Source: a virus (lineage: Duplodnaviria; Caudoviricetes). Taken from it: DNA of 40,964 nucleotides. A program made the translations under genes and the position numbers. Location: positions 1 through 40,964 of IMG/VR virus record IMGVR_UViG_3300014208_000015, one strand, 5' to 3'. The notes below the pieces were generated by a model. The model worked only from the letters and a program-made list of their open reading frames with translations, was not told the DNA's origin and did not search any database. Shown here in pieces: positions 24,297 through 32,453 of the stretch (position 1 is the first letter of the stretch; every line of letters starts with the position of its first letter).

Positions 24297-26363
24297 TTAT
24301 TCAGTTATAAATCCTTGCAGACGTATCTTGCTGCCCAGTCCGGGCTGCATGTACAGCATGTCGCCCTTGCCGGCTAGCTTCTCGGCGCCATCTTCGTCGA
24401 TTATTACCCGGCTGTCTGTCGAACTGGCCGTGGTCAGCGCGATTCTGGTCGGGAAGTTCGCCTTGATCAATCCGGTGATGACATCCACGCTCGGCCGCTG
24501 CGTTGCGATGATCAGGTGGATACCGACCGCCCGCGCCATCTGCGCTAAGCGAATGATGTGATCTTCCACCGATGCCTCTTTGCCACTTTGGACTTTTTCG
24601 GTGATGGTGGTGTTTTTGGTCCGAGTCACCTTTTTGGTCTGTTTTTTGCCGGCGGTCTTATCTTTGATCCTGGAGCGCAGCATCAGGTCGGCAAATTCGT
24701 CGATGACCAGCACGATGTATGGCATTGGCAGGTATGGTATTTTAGCTTCGCTGGCCTTTTTATTGAAGCTGGCTATATTGCGGCAGCGAGTTTTTTCCAG
24801 CGCTTTATATCGATTTTCCATTTCTGCCACTGTTCCGGTCAGCATTTCTGCCGCGTCGTCATATTCGTAGACCACCTTGCGGCCGTGGAGGTGCGGCTTC
24901 TTGGCAAAGGTTGATAGTTCCACCCTTTTCGGGTCGATCAGTATCAGCTCAAGCTCATGCGGCTTCAGTTGCTTGGTTATGGCGGTTATCAGCGCGTTGA
25001 TCAGCACGCTCTTGCCCGAGCCGGTACTGCCGGCGATCAGCAGGTGTGGCATTTCCGCCAGGTTTGATTTCATCACCTTGCCATGGACATCGACGCCGAT
25101 CGGCAGCATCAGCGTACCTGGCGTCAGGTGGCTTTTGTTCAGGATGACGCTGCCGCGCGTTTCGTTCTCTACCTCGATGCCGATCAAGCCGGTTCCCGGT
25201 ATCGGCGCCAGGATCCGCACGTCAGCTCGGGCTTCGATGGCTCTCGCAATATCGGCCTTATGCTTGGCAAAGACGCTCATCCTAATTCCGGCCGATACCT
25301 TGAAGCGGTATTGCGTTACGCTGGCACCCACCTCTTGGCCGACCGGTTCCACCGGTATGCCGAATTCGGCCAGGCGCATTTTGATTTTCTCTTCCGGGGC
25401 CAGATGCTGGTTCTCTATCCTGTCCAGTCGGCTCGGGACGAAACGCTTCGAGATAAGCGCTACGTCCTTGACTTTATGCATCACCTCTACATCGCTCATG
25501 TCCGATGAGAGCAGTCCTTGCGCATATAGCAGCCCGGCCTGCTCGCCGTCGAATGGATCGGAAAGGTTCGGCAAGTATATCGAGTCCGGATTGGCCAGAA
25601 ATTTGACCGCGTCCCGGTAGAGATTATAAAAAATGATCCGGTATGGTTCGTGATCGAATGGTATGGCGTAATCCCTGATCTGCGGCGTACCAACATTCTC
25701 GCCTTTATTCTCGGTCGTTTTTACTTCGCGGAAGAGCATGCGCTCCGCTTTGATGCCCTTGGCGGCCAGTAGCAGGTGATCCATGAATTGGCTTTGCACG
25801 ATCTTAATGTAATCCTCAACTTCATAGTCGGTGAAGCTTTTGGTAAATTTTACGTCGATGATATCGTATTTACCGTCGGCACGTTTGTGGACCAGATCCG
25901 GGATGCCAACTGCCGGCAATGGCAATTCTTGTCCATCCGCGGTCACCAGTTCAGCTTCCAGCCTTTCTTCGCACATGATGATCTCATGATATTCCGGCTC
26001 CTCGGCAAAATAAAACCGCATCGCTTGATGATACGTTTTTAGCAGTTGCTCCCGCGATCCGGTCTTGCCGTAGTCGATATAATTGTCATTGGCATCCTCC
26101 AAATAATCCAGGCCGATTTTTATCGCCATCGCCTGCTTCTCGGCCTTGTCATCCGGCATGATTACTTCAATATTGCCGCCATAGTAGGCTCGCAATGCCT
26201 CATGTCCGGCCTTGCCAACCATGCCGGAAACGCCTATCTTGCCATCGTAGACGTTCAGCACGTACTTCAGTTTGAAAATTAGCGGATTACGCAATAGTTG
26301 CGTAAGCGCTGAGTAGCTTAGTCGGTCGACCGGCAGATGCGCGGTCTTTTGTTCGTTAGGCAT
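24297..26363 (-). CDS. PD-(D/E)XK exonuclease fused to an FtsK/SpoIIIE ATPase
   Basis: LSYS..GKAGHEAL..PDL..IIDVK nuclease motifs; RILAPIPG, PHLLIAGSTGSGKS, IDEFADL, ATQRPS and GAEKLAGKGDML FtsK motifs. Confidence 0.9.
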   Translation of the reverse strand: MPNEQKTAHLPVDRLSYSALTQLLRNPLIFKLKYVLNVYDGKIGVSGMVGKAGHEALRAYYGGNIEVIMPDDKAEKQAMAIKIGLDYLEDANDNYIDYGKTGSREQLLKTYHQAMRFYFAEEPEYHEIIMCEERLEAELVTADGQELPLPAVGIPDLVHKRADGKYDIIDVKFTKSFTDYEVEDYIKIVQSQFMDHLLLAAKGIKAERMLFREVKTTENKGENVGTPQIRDYAIPFDHEPYRIIFYNLYRDAVKFLANPDSIYLPNLSDPFDGEQAGLLYAQGLLSSDMSDVEVMHKVKDVALISKRFVPSRLDRIENQHLAPEEKIKMRLAEFGIPVEPVGQEVGASVTQYRFKVSAGIRMSVFAKHKADIARAIEARADVRILAPIPGTGLIGIEVENETRGSVILNKSHLTPGTLMLPIGVDVHGKVMKSNLAEMPHLLIAGSTGSGKSVLINALITAITKQLKPHELELILIDPKRVELSTFAKKPHLHGRKVVYEYDDAAEMLTGTVAEMENRYKALEKTRCRNIASFNKKASEAKIPYLPMPYIVLVIDEFADLMLRSRIKDKTAGKKQTKKVTRTKNTTITEKVQSGKEASVEDHIIRLAQMARAVGIHLIIATQRPSVDVITGLIKANFPTRIALTTASSTDSRVIIDEDGAEKLAGKGDMLYMQPGLGSKIRLQGFITE

Positions 26364-26397
26364 GTTGTTCGCGATAAATTAATAAATTGTTAATTCA

Positions 26398-26435
26398 ATT
26401 ATAGCGCAGTTGCTAAACCTTGTCAACTCTTGACA
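26398..26435 (-). promoter_or_regulatory. Consensus sigma70 promoter with a palindrome over the -35 box
   Basis: TTGACA-17 nt-TATAAT; TGTCAA-N3-TTGACA at 26421-26435. Confidence 0.8.
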
Positions 26436-26631
26436 TAGGCTCATGTTCGCCAAACAAGGACGGCTGGTTTTCCGCTACTGTCGTTTTTTTGCAGACAGTG
26501 CATAACTTATCCTTGGCCCTGCCCCATTTGAATGAGTAACGCGGTTTGCCACAGCGGCTACAATTGTACGGATTGATCCGGCGCCACTTTTTTAAATTCC
26601 GGCGGCCGCCACTTAAAGACGATTTTTCCAT
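26413..26631 (-). CDS. Small zinc-finger protein (start uncertain)
   Basis: CSRC...CTVC motif and QPSLF. Confidence 0.5.
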   Translation of the reverse strand: MEKSSLSGGRRNLKKWRRINPYNCSRCGKPRYSFKWGRAKDKLCTVCKKTTVAENQPSLFGEHEPMSRVDKV

Positions 26632-27109
26632 ATGCTTTCATTGATAAACGATGGGCAAATTCTACCAAGAGCCGGTGGTATGCATCTTCCCTTTTTTCAA
26701 AATATCCGCCTCCGAATGGCCGGTGCATGCGCTTGGCGCGGCGGATCACCTTGGCTTCCTGATTAACCACACCCCAGGCCGGATATTCTTCCGGCTTTAT
26801 TTTCACATCCTCCGGCAGGACGTAATAATAAAAATCTACGATTGCCATCATGCCAGGATCGTTGGCGTATCGATCGGCTTCTTTCTGCTTTTTGCAAATC
26901 AAATCTGCTCTAGACTGTTTGCATTCGAGATAGTAGATATCGCCGTTGGCTTTCATCCCCATCACATCAGCCACGCCGTAGGCGCCGGATAGATTGACCT
27001 CATCGGCATATACAATGCAACCGACATTCTGCAGCCACCACAATCCGATCTGTTTCAGTTTTCCGGTACGCTCTTTTGCGGTCATATATTCAGCGGATTT
27101 GTGGGGCAT
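26558..27109 (-). CDS. MmcB-like PD-(D/E)XK nuclease
   Basis: EV..ADVMG...LECKQSRADL..DFYYYVLP..WGV motifs. Confidence 0.65.
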   Translation of the reverse strand: MPHKSAEYMTAKERTGKLKQIGLWWLQNVGCIVYADEVNLSGAYGVADVMGMKANGDIYYLECKQSRADLICKKQKEADRYANDPGMMAIVDFYYYVLPEDVKIKPEEYPAWGVVNQEAKVIRRAKRMHRPFGGGYFEKREDAYHRLLVEFAHRLSMKAYGKIVFKWRPPEFKKVAPDQSVQL

Positions 27110-27133
27110 AAAAATATTAGCTGATATTTAACT

Positions 27134-27301
27134 TTAGCCAATCAAGTAGTTGCTCTCTTGTGGCATATTTCCACCAGACATTACCGCAAATAATCCTAAA
27201 AGATTACTTTCGTTTTTTGCATCTGGATGATTACAGCTTGAGTGAGCAGAACCTGGAACTTCTCCACGATGTTTACATTCGTAGCAATTTGGTTTATCCA
27301 T
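27134..27301 (-). CDS. Small Cys/His protein (55 aa)
   Basis: MDKPNCYECKHRGEVPGSAHSSCNHP...; below the ORF-track length cutoff. Confidence 0.55.
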   Translation of the reverse strand: MDKPNCYECKHRGEVPGSAHSSCNHPDAKNESNLLGLFAVMSGGNMPQESNYLIG

Positions 27302-27341
27302 ATTGATAAATTATTAAATTACCAAATCATCAAATTCCAAA

Positions 27342-27674
27342 TCACCCGCGAACGCAACGGACGTAGATCGTATACGTCTTATCGTCGTAGCTCTGACCGC
27401 CGCCGGTGAAATTCACGTTCCTGGCGTACGTACCCGAGTACTCGGTCTCCGACCAGTAATAGCCGGCTCCGAAACCAGGAACCTTTTCATCGTATGCTTG
27501 TAATAATTCTACCCGAGTTGGTAACCTCCACCCTTTACCCTGTTTCTCACACCAGTCTTTAGCGTCTTGCCAGTTTAATTCTTTCTCGCAGGTCCTGCCC
27601 CATTCTAAAGTTTTTTTAGGGATTTCTTGGATTACGTTTTCTTGGACTTCTTGTCCGCAAGTTTTGCATTTCAT
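27342..27674 (-). CDS. DUF1566/Lcl C-type-lectin-fold protein with a DGR-type variable region
   Basis: LEW..LNWQDAKDWC..GWRLPT..EL..YYWSETE..ARNVNF..G......K....VRCVRG. Confidence 0.85.
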   Translation of the reverse strand: MKCKTCGQEVQENVIQEIPKKTLEWGRTCEKELNWQDAKDWCEKQGKGWRLPTRVELLQAYDEKVPGFGAGYYWSETEYSGTYARNVNFTGGGQSYDDKTYTIYVRCVRG

Positions 27675-27718
27675 ATAGATTATTTAATTATTAACTCCAC
27701 CCTAAGTTAGGGGGGGGG

Positions 27719-27946
27719 CTAAGGTTGCTCTATTCCTTCGTTTTTAAGCAGTTTATCAGCGTTTACCTCGCCGTTCCAAATCATATCCGAAATATGACCA
27801 TAATCAGTTGGCATCCCCTCTATTCCCAGAGTGTCGGCTATAGCTTCTTCAATATAAAGCAACTGTTTATAATGGCTTTTAGCAAGAGATAATAATCCGA
27901 TAACTTGCCAATATTGTATTTCTGAAACCTTTTTTAACTTTTTCAT
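27719..27946 (-). CDS. Hypothetical protein
   Basis: 75 aa, AT-rich. Confidence 0.6.
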   Translation of the reverse strand: MKKLKKVSEIQYWQVIGLLSLAKSHYKQLLYIEEAIADTLGIEGMPTDYGHISDMIWNGEVNADKLLKNEGIEQP

Positions 27947-28004
27947 ATTATTTAGTCCATTGCCTCTAAAATTATATTTATTGATTATTCGTTAGGGGTG
28001 GGGG

Positions 28005-28565
28005 TTAATCTTTCAAAACATAGGTCGCTCCGTTGATTTTTATCTCTTTGAGATTTTCATTCTCCTCTCCAAATTTTGCTTCACCTTTATAAACAAGCTC
28101 GTAGTCATCATTAACTTGAACAAATTTAATATCTTCTTTTTTGTAGCGAATACCAAAGAAAAATCCAGCCAGTAATTTTAGTTTGCCGAAGACCTCCGCA
28201 TTGCCGAAGACCCTCGCATTGCCGTAGACCCACGCATTGTCGTAGACCTCCGCATTGTCGTAGACCTCCGCATTGTCGTAGACCTTCGCATTGCCGAAGA
28301 CCCTCGCATTGCCGTAGACCCACGCATTGCCGGAGACCCTCGCATTGCCGGAGACCCACGCATTGCTGGAGACCTCCGCATTGTCGTAGACCTTCGCATT
28401 GTCGTAGACCCACGCATTGTCTTCTTGACTTAAATTTTCCTCTTTTTCGACCCACCCACCCAAATCACCCTTGCTTACGTTTCCGAAACTTATAAGGGCT
28501 TCAATTTGGAATAGGGTTGTGCCAAAATATTCTTTTTTAGTTTTAGTCAGTTTAAATTTTTTCAT
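28005..28565 (-). CDS. Hexapeptide-repeat (left-handed beta-helix) phage protein
   Basis: LFQIEAL..FGNVSKGDLGGWVEKEENLSQ followed by 13 NAxVx(G/D/S) repeats. Confidence 0.85.
   Translation of the reverse strand: MKKFKLTKTKKEYFGTTLFQIEALISFGNVSKGDLGGWVEKEENLSQEDNAWVYDNAKVYDNAEVSSNAWVSGNARVSGNAWVYGNARVFGNAKVYDNAEVYDNAEVYDNAWVYGNARVFGNAEVFGKLKLLAGFFFGIRYKKEDIKFVQVNDDYELVYKGEAKFGEENENLKEIKINGATYVLKD
28185..28418 (-). repeat. 13 x 18 bp coding tandem repeat
   Basis: Unit consensus AAT GCG NNG GTC TNC RRC. Confidence 0.9.
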
Positions 28566-28585
28566 ATTGATAAATTATTTATAGC

Positions 28586-28732
28586 TTAGAGGTGGGGCGA
28601 TTGTGGTTGCCTGTTTTCTACGGCATATACCACGATATAGCCGATAAGGATTGCCGCAACCATTCCCCAATTTCCCATGGTGATCTTGAAAACGGCGCCC
28701 AGCAAAATAATGGCTATGTAAAATCTGGTCAT
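28586..28732 (-). CDS. Small two-helix membrane protein (48 aa)
   Basis: MTRFYIAIILLGAVFKITMGNWGMVAAILIGYIVVYAVENRQPQSPHL. Confidence 0.55.
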   Translation of the reverse strand: MTRFYIAIILLGAVFKITMGNWGMVAAILIGYIVVYAVENRQPQSPHL

Positions 28733-28736
28733 ATAT

Positions 28737-29609
28737 TTATAATTTGATATCGCTGGTATCTATACCCAGCTTTTCGTTTTTTTCTTCCGGAGTTGTTTGT
28801 GTTGGAACCTGCTCGATTACCGAATTGTCGTTTGTATGCAAGGCACGTCCAGTCGCTGGGCCGAATGCATCCAGCCGTGGCTTATCTATACCCTCGCCCT
28901 CATAATCAGTTTCAATTGCTTTTTGGATCTCTTGTGTTTTCGGCAAAAGCTTAGCGTGTTGTAGCAAGCAGGTTTTTGCCCACATCCACAAAAACGGATC
29001 CTTGTCGCTATTCCATGGGCTATCCTTGCTTGTTTTGGCTTTAGAAATTTCTTTTATTTCCATCACCGCAGCTTTGTCCATCACCTTGAATGTTTTGCTG
29101 CCATCGCTCATTTTGATTACCGTATAAACGCCGATTGCCTCGCCTCTCGCCTTTCCAAACATTGCCGGCTTGTGAACCAGATGCGCCTCAAGTCCCTCTT
29201 GGTAATCAAACTCATCGTTTTTATAAATTATGTTTGCCGTGATGGTGCTGATTTTCCCGGTTCGATATAGCAACGTGACCACACCTTGATATCCTAATTG
29301 GAATTTTGCTTCCCGGCCGTAAGGAATTATATATGCCTCGCCACTAACCCCTGATGGCATAAATCTGAACTGCGCGCTGGTTACGAATGCGGTTAATAGA
29401 GACTGCTTGTCGCATTCCAATAATTTTGGCAGCCGGCGGACATAGTCCACTGCAGCGGTCATAAAGCGCATCGCTTCTTCTTCTCTTCCGCCATAATAAT
29501 TTACTACTTTTTTCATGTAGTCGCCGCTCATGTCAATCCTCAGCTGATCAATTGGCGTTGGCAATTGCTTGTTCGGTTTTGACACCGAATGGGTGGGTGT
29601 TTTTTCCAT
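28737..29609 (-). CDS. recT: RecT-family single-strand annealing protein
   Basis: PKLLECDKQSL, GEAYIIPYG..FQLGYQG, PW....MWAKT..LPK motifs. Confidence 0.9.
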   Translation of the reverse strand: MEKTPTHSVSKPNKQLPTPIDQLRIDMSGDYMKKVVNYYGGREEEAMRFMTAAVDYVRRLPKLLECDKQSLLTAFVTSAQFRFMPSGVSGEAYIIPYGREAKFQLGYQGVVTLLYRTGKISTITANIIYKNDEFDYQEGLEAHLVHKPAMFGKARGEAIGVYTVIKMSDGSKTFKVMDKAAVMEIKEISKAKTSKDSPWNSDKDPFLWMWAKTCLLQHAKLLPKTQEIQKAIETDYEGEGIDKPRLDAFGPATGRALHTNDNSVIEQVPTQTTPEEKNEKLGIDTSDIKL

Positions 29610-29614
29610 AAATT

Positions 29615-30028
29615 TTACTTTAAATAATTAACAGCTTTTAATAAAAATTCCTGATTATCCTTGAAAAGTCCCAAACCTCGATTACAATCCCCGCATAAAA
29701 TTCCCCGAATCTTTTTGGTCTTATGGCAATGATCTATCCCAAGTTTTTTATCCGATCCACAGATGGCGCATTTACCGCCATGCTTTTTCATTAGATCAAA
29801 ATATTGTTGCGGTGTCAGTCCGTACCTGGCTTTCAGTTTGTTTTTCCAAACCTGATGCCGGATTTTTTCTGCTTGTTTTTTGCGATAGCAAATTCTATCG
29901 GCTTTTAGTTTTTCTTTATTTTTATTCTTATAATTTAAATTATAATCCTGCGCCTTTTGTTTATTTTCTCTGCGGTATTTTTTCAAATATGCGGACATCT
30001 TTTCTTTGTGATTCTCTTTGTAGGCCAT
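29615..30028 (-). CDS. Endonuclease VII-family (His-Me) nuclease, homing-endonuclease-like
   Basis: YGLT..Y...CAIC..IDHCH.T..IRGILC..CN.GLG.F.DN; probable start MAYKEN. Confidence 0.85.
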   Translation of the reverse strand: MAYKENHKEKMSAYLKKYRRENKQKAQDYNLNYKNKNKEKLKADRICYRKKQAEKIRHQVWKNKLKARYGLTPQQYFDLMKKHGGKCAICGSDKKLGIDHCHKTKKIRGILCGDCNRGLGLFKDNQEFLLKAVNYLK

Positions 30029-30032
30029 GTTT

Positions 30033-30272
30033 CTATAGTCGAACCTTGCCGGATTCGACCGCGTTAATAAATTTGATGATGTTTTCCCCTTTGAAGCGGT
30101 ACTTCTTGGCATTACCCTCGCCGGAGATGATCGCTTTCAAAAAATTGCCGGTTTGCTGATCATGCTCGACGAACTTCCGCACCGTCGGGTACGTCTTGGC
30201 CCAGGGGAATAATTTACCCTGGACGATTTTTTGCATTGAATAGTACTCTTGTGGCTTGATTTTTGTAGTCAT
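30033..30272 (-). CDS. Small DNA-binding protein (excisionase/Cro-like)
   Basis: YYSMQKIV..TVRK..LKA....KYRFKG pattern; first gene after a promoter carrying the palindrome. Confidence 0.55.
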   Translation of the reverse strand: MTTKIKPQEYYSMQKIVQGKLFPWAKTYPTVRKFVEHDQQTGNFLKAIISGEGNAKKYRFKGENIIKFINAVESGKVRL

Positions 30273-30278
30273 ATTTTC

Positions 30279-30315
30279 ATTATACTCTATTATCAATCCT
30301 TGTCAATACTTGATA
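30279..30315 (-). promoter_or_regulatory. Sigma70 promoter with tandem operator-like palindromes
   Basis: TTGACA-16 nt-TATAAT; a 26 bp block nearly identical to 32380-32405. Confidence 0.75.
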
Positions 30316-30322
30316 ATACTTA

Positions 30323-31291
30323 TTAGATTATTTTTTGCTGCGCCAGCCGTTTTTTTGCGATGGTGATATACTCCGGGTTCAGTTCGATGCCGATGTATTG
30401 CCGGCCTAGGTTCCGGGCGACCACGGCTGTTGTCCCTGACCCCATAAAAGGGTCTAAAATGACCCCTCCTACAGGGCAACCGGCCTTGATTGGTGTTTTC
30501 ACCAGATCTTCCGGGAATATGGCAAAATGGGCCTCTTTTGATGGTCTATTGGCTATCGGCCAAATAGAACGCATATTCCTTTTGCCCGGCGTGCCGAGGT
30601 GAGTCGGGTTGGCGAGATACTTTTTCTTTAGTTCTGCCGGTGTCGCTTTATATTGCGCTGATTTTATCTTGCCTTTTTTGACATCCCAAACACGGAGGTT
30701 GAACGATTTCCATATCCGGTCAGTCCCCTTTTCCTTTTGCTGGTCAAAGTAGTATTCTCTTTGCTTGACGAAGAAAAAGATTTTTTCAAAGTCTACAGTG
30801 AAGCGGTCCTTGGCGCTTTGCGGCATGCAGTTGGTCTTATGCCAGATTATTTCATTGCGCAGGATCCAGCCGCGATTGACCATCTCGATCGCGAACCGGG
30901 AGGGTAGCTGCAATAGTGTTTTGTGCGGCAATAATCTTGTCCCTGCCCGCGGCACTTTGCCGCCGTTGTTGTTGCGCGACTGTTTCGGCCAGCGTGTCGT
31001 ATCCCTTGATCCTGGTGCGCCGCTGTTGTAGGTGTCACCCATATTCACCCATACCGTACCCTCCCGCTTCAGCACGCGCCAGATTTCGTCAAATATGTCG
31101 CATAGATTATTGATGTAGTCCCTAAAATTCGGCTCCATCCCGAGCTGTCCTGCTACGCCGTAATCTCGCAGCGCCCAATAAGGCGGCGAGGTGACGACAC
31201 AGTCGATGCTTTCATTCCGGAATGTTTTTAGCACCGCCAGACAGTCGCCCTGATAGATCTTATTTTTTTGCATATTTGTGCTTGTTTTCAT
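30323..31291 (-). CDS. N4-cytosine/N6-adenine DNA methyltransferase (beta class)
   Basis: VTSPPYW, HFAIFP and DPFMGSGTT motifs. Confidence 0.92.
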   Translation of the reverse strand: MKTSTNMQKNKIYQGDCLAVLKTFRNESIDCVVTSPPYWALRDYGVAGQLGMEPNFRDYINNLCDIFDEIWRVLKREGTVWVNMGDTYNSGAPGSRDTTRWPKQSRNNNGGKVPRAGTRLLPHKTLLQLPSRFAIEMVNRGWILRNEIIWHKTNCMPQSAKDRFTVDFEKIFFFVKQREYYFDQQKEKGTDRIWKSFNLRVWDVKKGKIKSAQYKATPAELKKKYLANPTHLGTPGKRNMRSIWPIANRPSKEAHFAIFPEDLVKTPIKAGCPVGGVILDPFMGSGTTAVVARNLGRQYIGIELNPEYITIAKKRLAQQKII

Positions 31292-31496
31292 CGTAATATT
31301 CCTGGCCCTGCCGGCGCATCTCTTCTCTCACCAGCAGTAGCAGTTTGCCATCCGTTTTTCGCCAAAAGTAATCCTTGGATCTGCTGCAGCACGATCCCCA
31401 GCGCATAATCGATGATAAGTGCCGTTGCGTAAGCAGGCATTTTTTACCGTCCTTAAATTTTATACGCTTCCGGCCACTAGCATTGTTTTGTGTCAT
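31260..31496 (-). CDS. Hypothetical protein
   Basis: 78 aa, fills the gap. Confidence 0.45.
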   Translation of the reverse strand: MTQNNASGRKRIKFKDGKKCLLTQRHLSSIMRWGSCCSRSKDYFWRKTDGKLLLLVREEMRRQGQEYYDENKHKYAKK

Positions 31497-31500
31497 ATGT

Positions 31501-32160
31501 TTAAAAATTAGTCACCTCGGTCTGGCTTTCGAACCGCGCAATCTCTTTGGCCAGCGCAATAGAGTTGATGTTTTTTATATTGGTCTGCGGGTATATTTTT
31601 AAATTGCCGGCGACCGTCTTGATGTATAGCGCGGTATTATTTTCATGCGGCGGGGCGAAGCGCAGCAAAAACTTTTCCAAGGTTTTGCCGCGCGATTGGT
31701 CCAGTTCCACTTGGCCGATGCAGGCCATGAAGCCCAGCTCCGGCGAATCAAAGCTGGCAAAACGACCCTTTTTCTCGGCGCCTGGTTGGCTCGCGTAGGC
31801 TAGGTTGCAAGGATTATTATTCCTCTTTGCTAAAATCGGCCGGCCGTATTCGGCCGCTAAACGCCCGGCCTTATCTATCTCGACCTTGATTTGAGTTTCC
31901 GCTTCGGTCAGGATGGAGTCAGGTTCTTCCTGATGGATCGGCGCCGTTTTTACCGCCCATACCGTACCGGAAGCCGTTTCTCGTATCGTCAGCGTCGTTG
32001 GCACCTTTTCCGGTTCATAGCGCAGTCCGCCCGGCAGGTAGGCGCGGCTGACAAAAAATATCGCTATTAGCAATGTGGCGACGAGCACCGCTATCTTGAA
32101 ATTATCCTTTTGGCGCTCATTTAATTTTCTACTTCTCCAAGTCGTGCGAAAATTTTTCAT
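31501..32160 (-). CDS. Membrane-anchored protein with a lysozyme-like domain
   Basis: Transmembrane helix; RNNNPCNL..FASF.SP..G..FAPPHENNT..Y motif. Confidence 0.6.
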   Translation of the reverse strand: MKNFRTTWRSRKLNERQKDNFKIAVLVATLLIAIFFVSRAYLPGGLRYEPEKVPTTLTIRETASGTVWAVKTAPIHQEEPDSILTEAETQIKVEIDKAGRLAAEYGRPILAKRNNNPCNLAYASQPGAEKKGRFASFDSPELGFMACIGQVELDQSRGKTLEKFLLRFAPPHENNTALYIKTVAGNLKIYPQTNIKNINSIALAKEIARFESQTEVTNF

Positions 32161-32330
32161 ATTTTATTTTTATTATTAGTTTCCTCGACGTATTCCGTGT
32201 ACTGGCACTCATCACATCCCAGCAATTCGCGCTCTACCTTTAATCCCTCGCCGATCGGCACTTGTCTGAAACCGATCGGGGCCAGTACGCCGTTTGCGCA
32301 TCGTGGGCATTTTTTCTCTTTTGTATTCAT
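32157..32330 (-). CDS. Small zinc-ribbon protein (57 aa)
   Basis: MNTKEKKCPRCANG...CDECQY; ATGA overlap with the next gene. Confidence 0.6.
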   Translation of the reverse strand: MNTKEKKCPRCANGVLAPIGFRQVPIGEGLKVERELLGCDECQYTEYVEETNNKNKI

Positions 32331-32367
32331 AATTTCACCGCCTCTCTAGTTGTGGATATCTATTTAC

Positions 32368-32405
32368 AGTATACTCCTGTTATCAATTCTTGTCAATACT
32401 TGATA
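32368..32405 (-). promoter_or_regulatory. Sigma70 early promoter with operator-like palindromes
   Basis: TTGACA-17 nt-TATACT. Confidence 0.75.
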
Positions 32406-32453
32406 TTGATTAAACAGCAAAAAAGGGCTGCTAAGACCCTTATTTGCTTTAAA

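Noticed and set aside
28126-28455. CRISPR array, or alternative repeat ORFs (RQCEGL / MRGSTT frames)
   Set aside because: Contiguous 18 bp units with no spacers. The NAxVxG frame fits a known protein type; the other frames are shadows.
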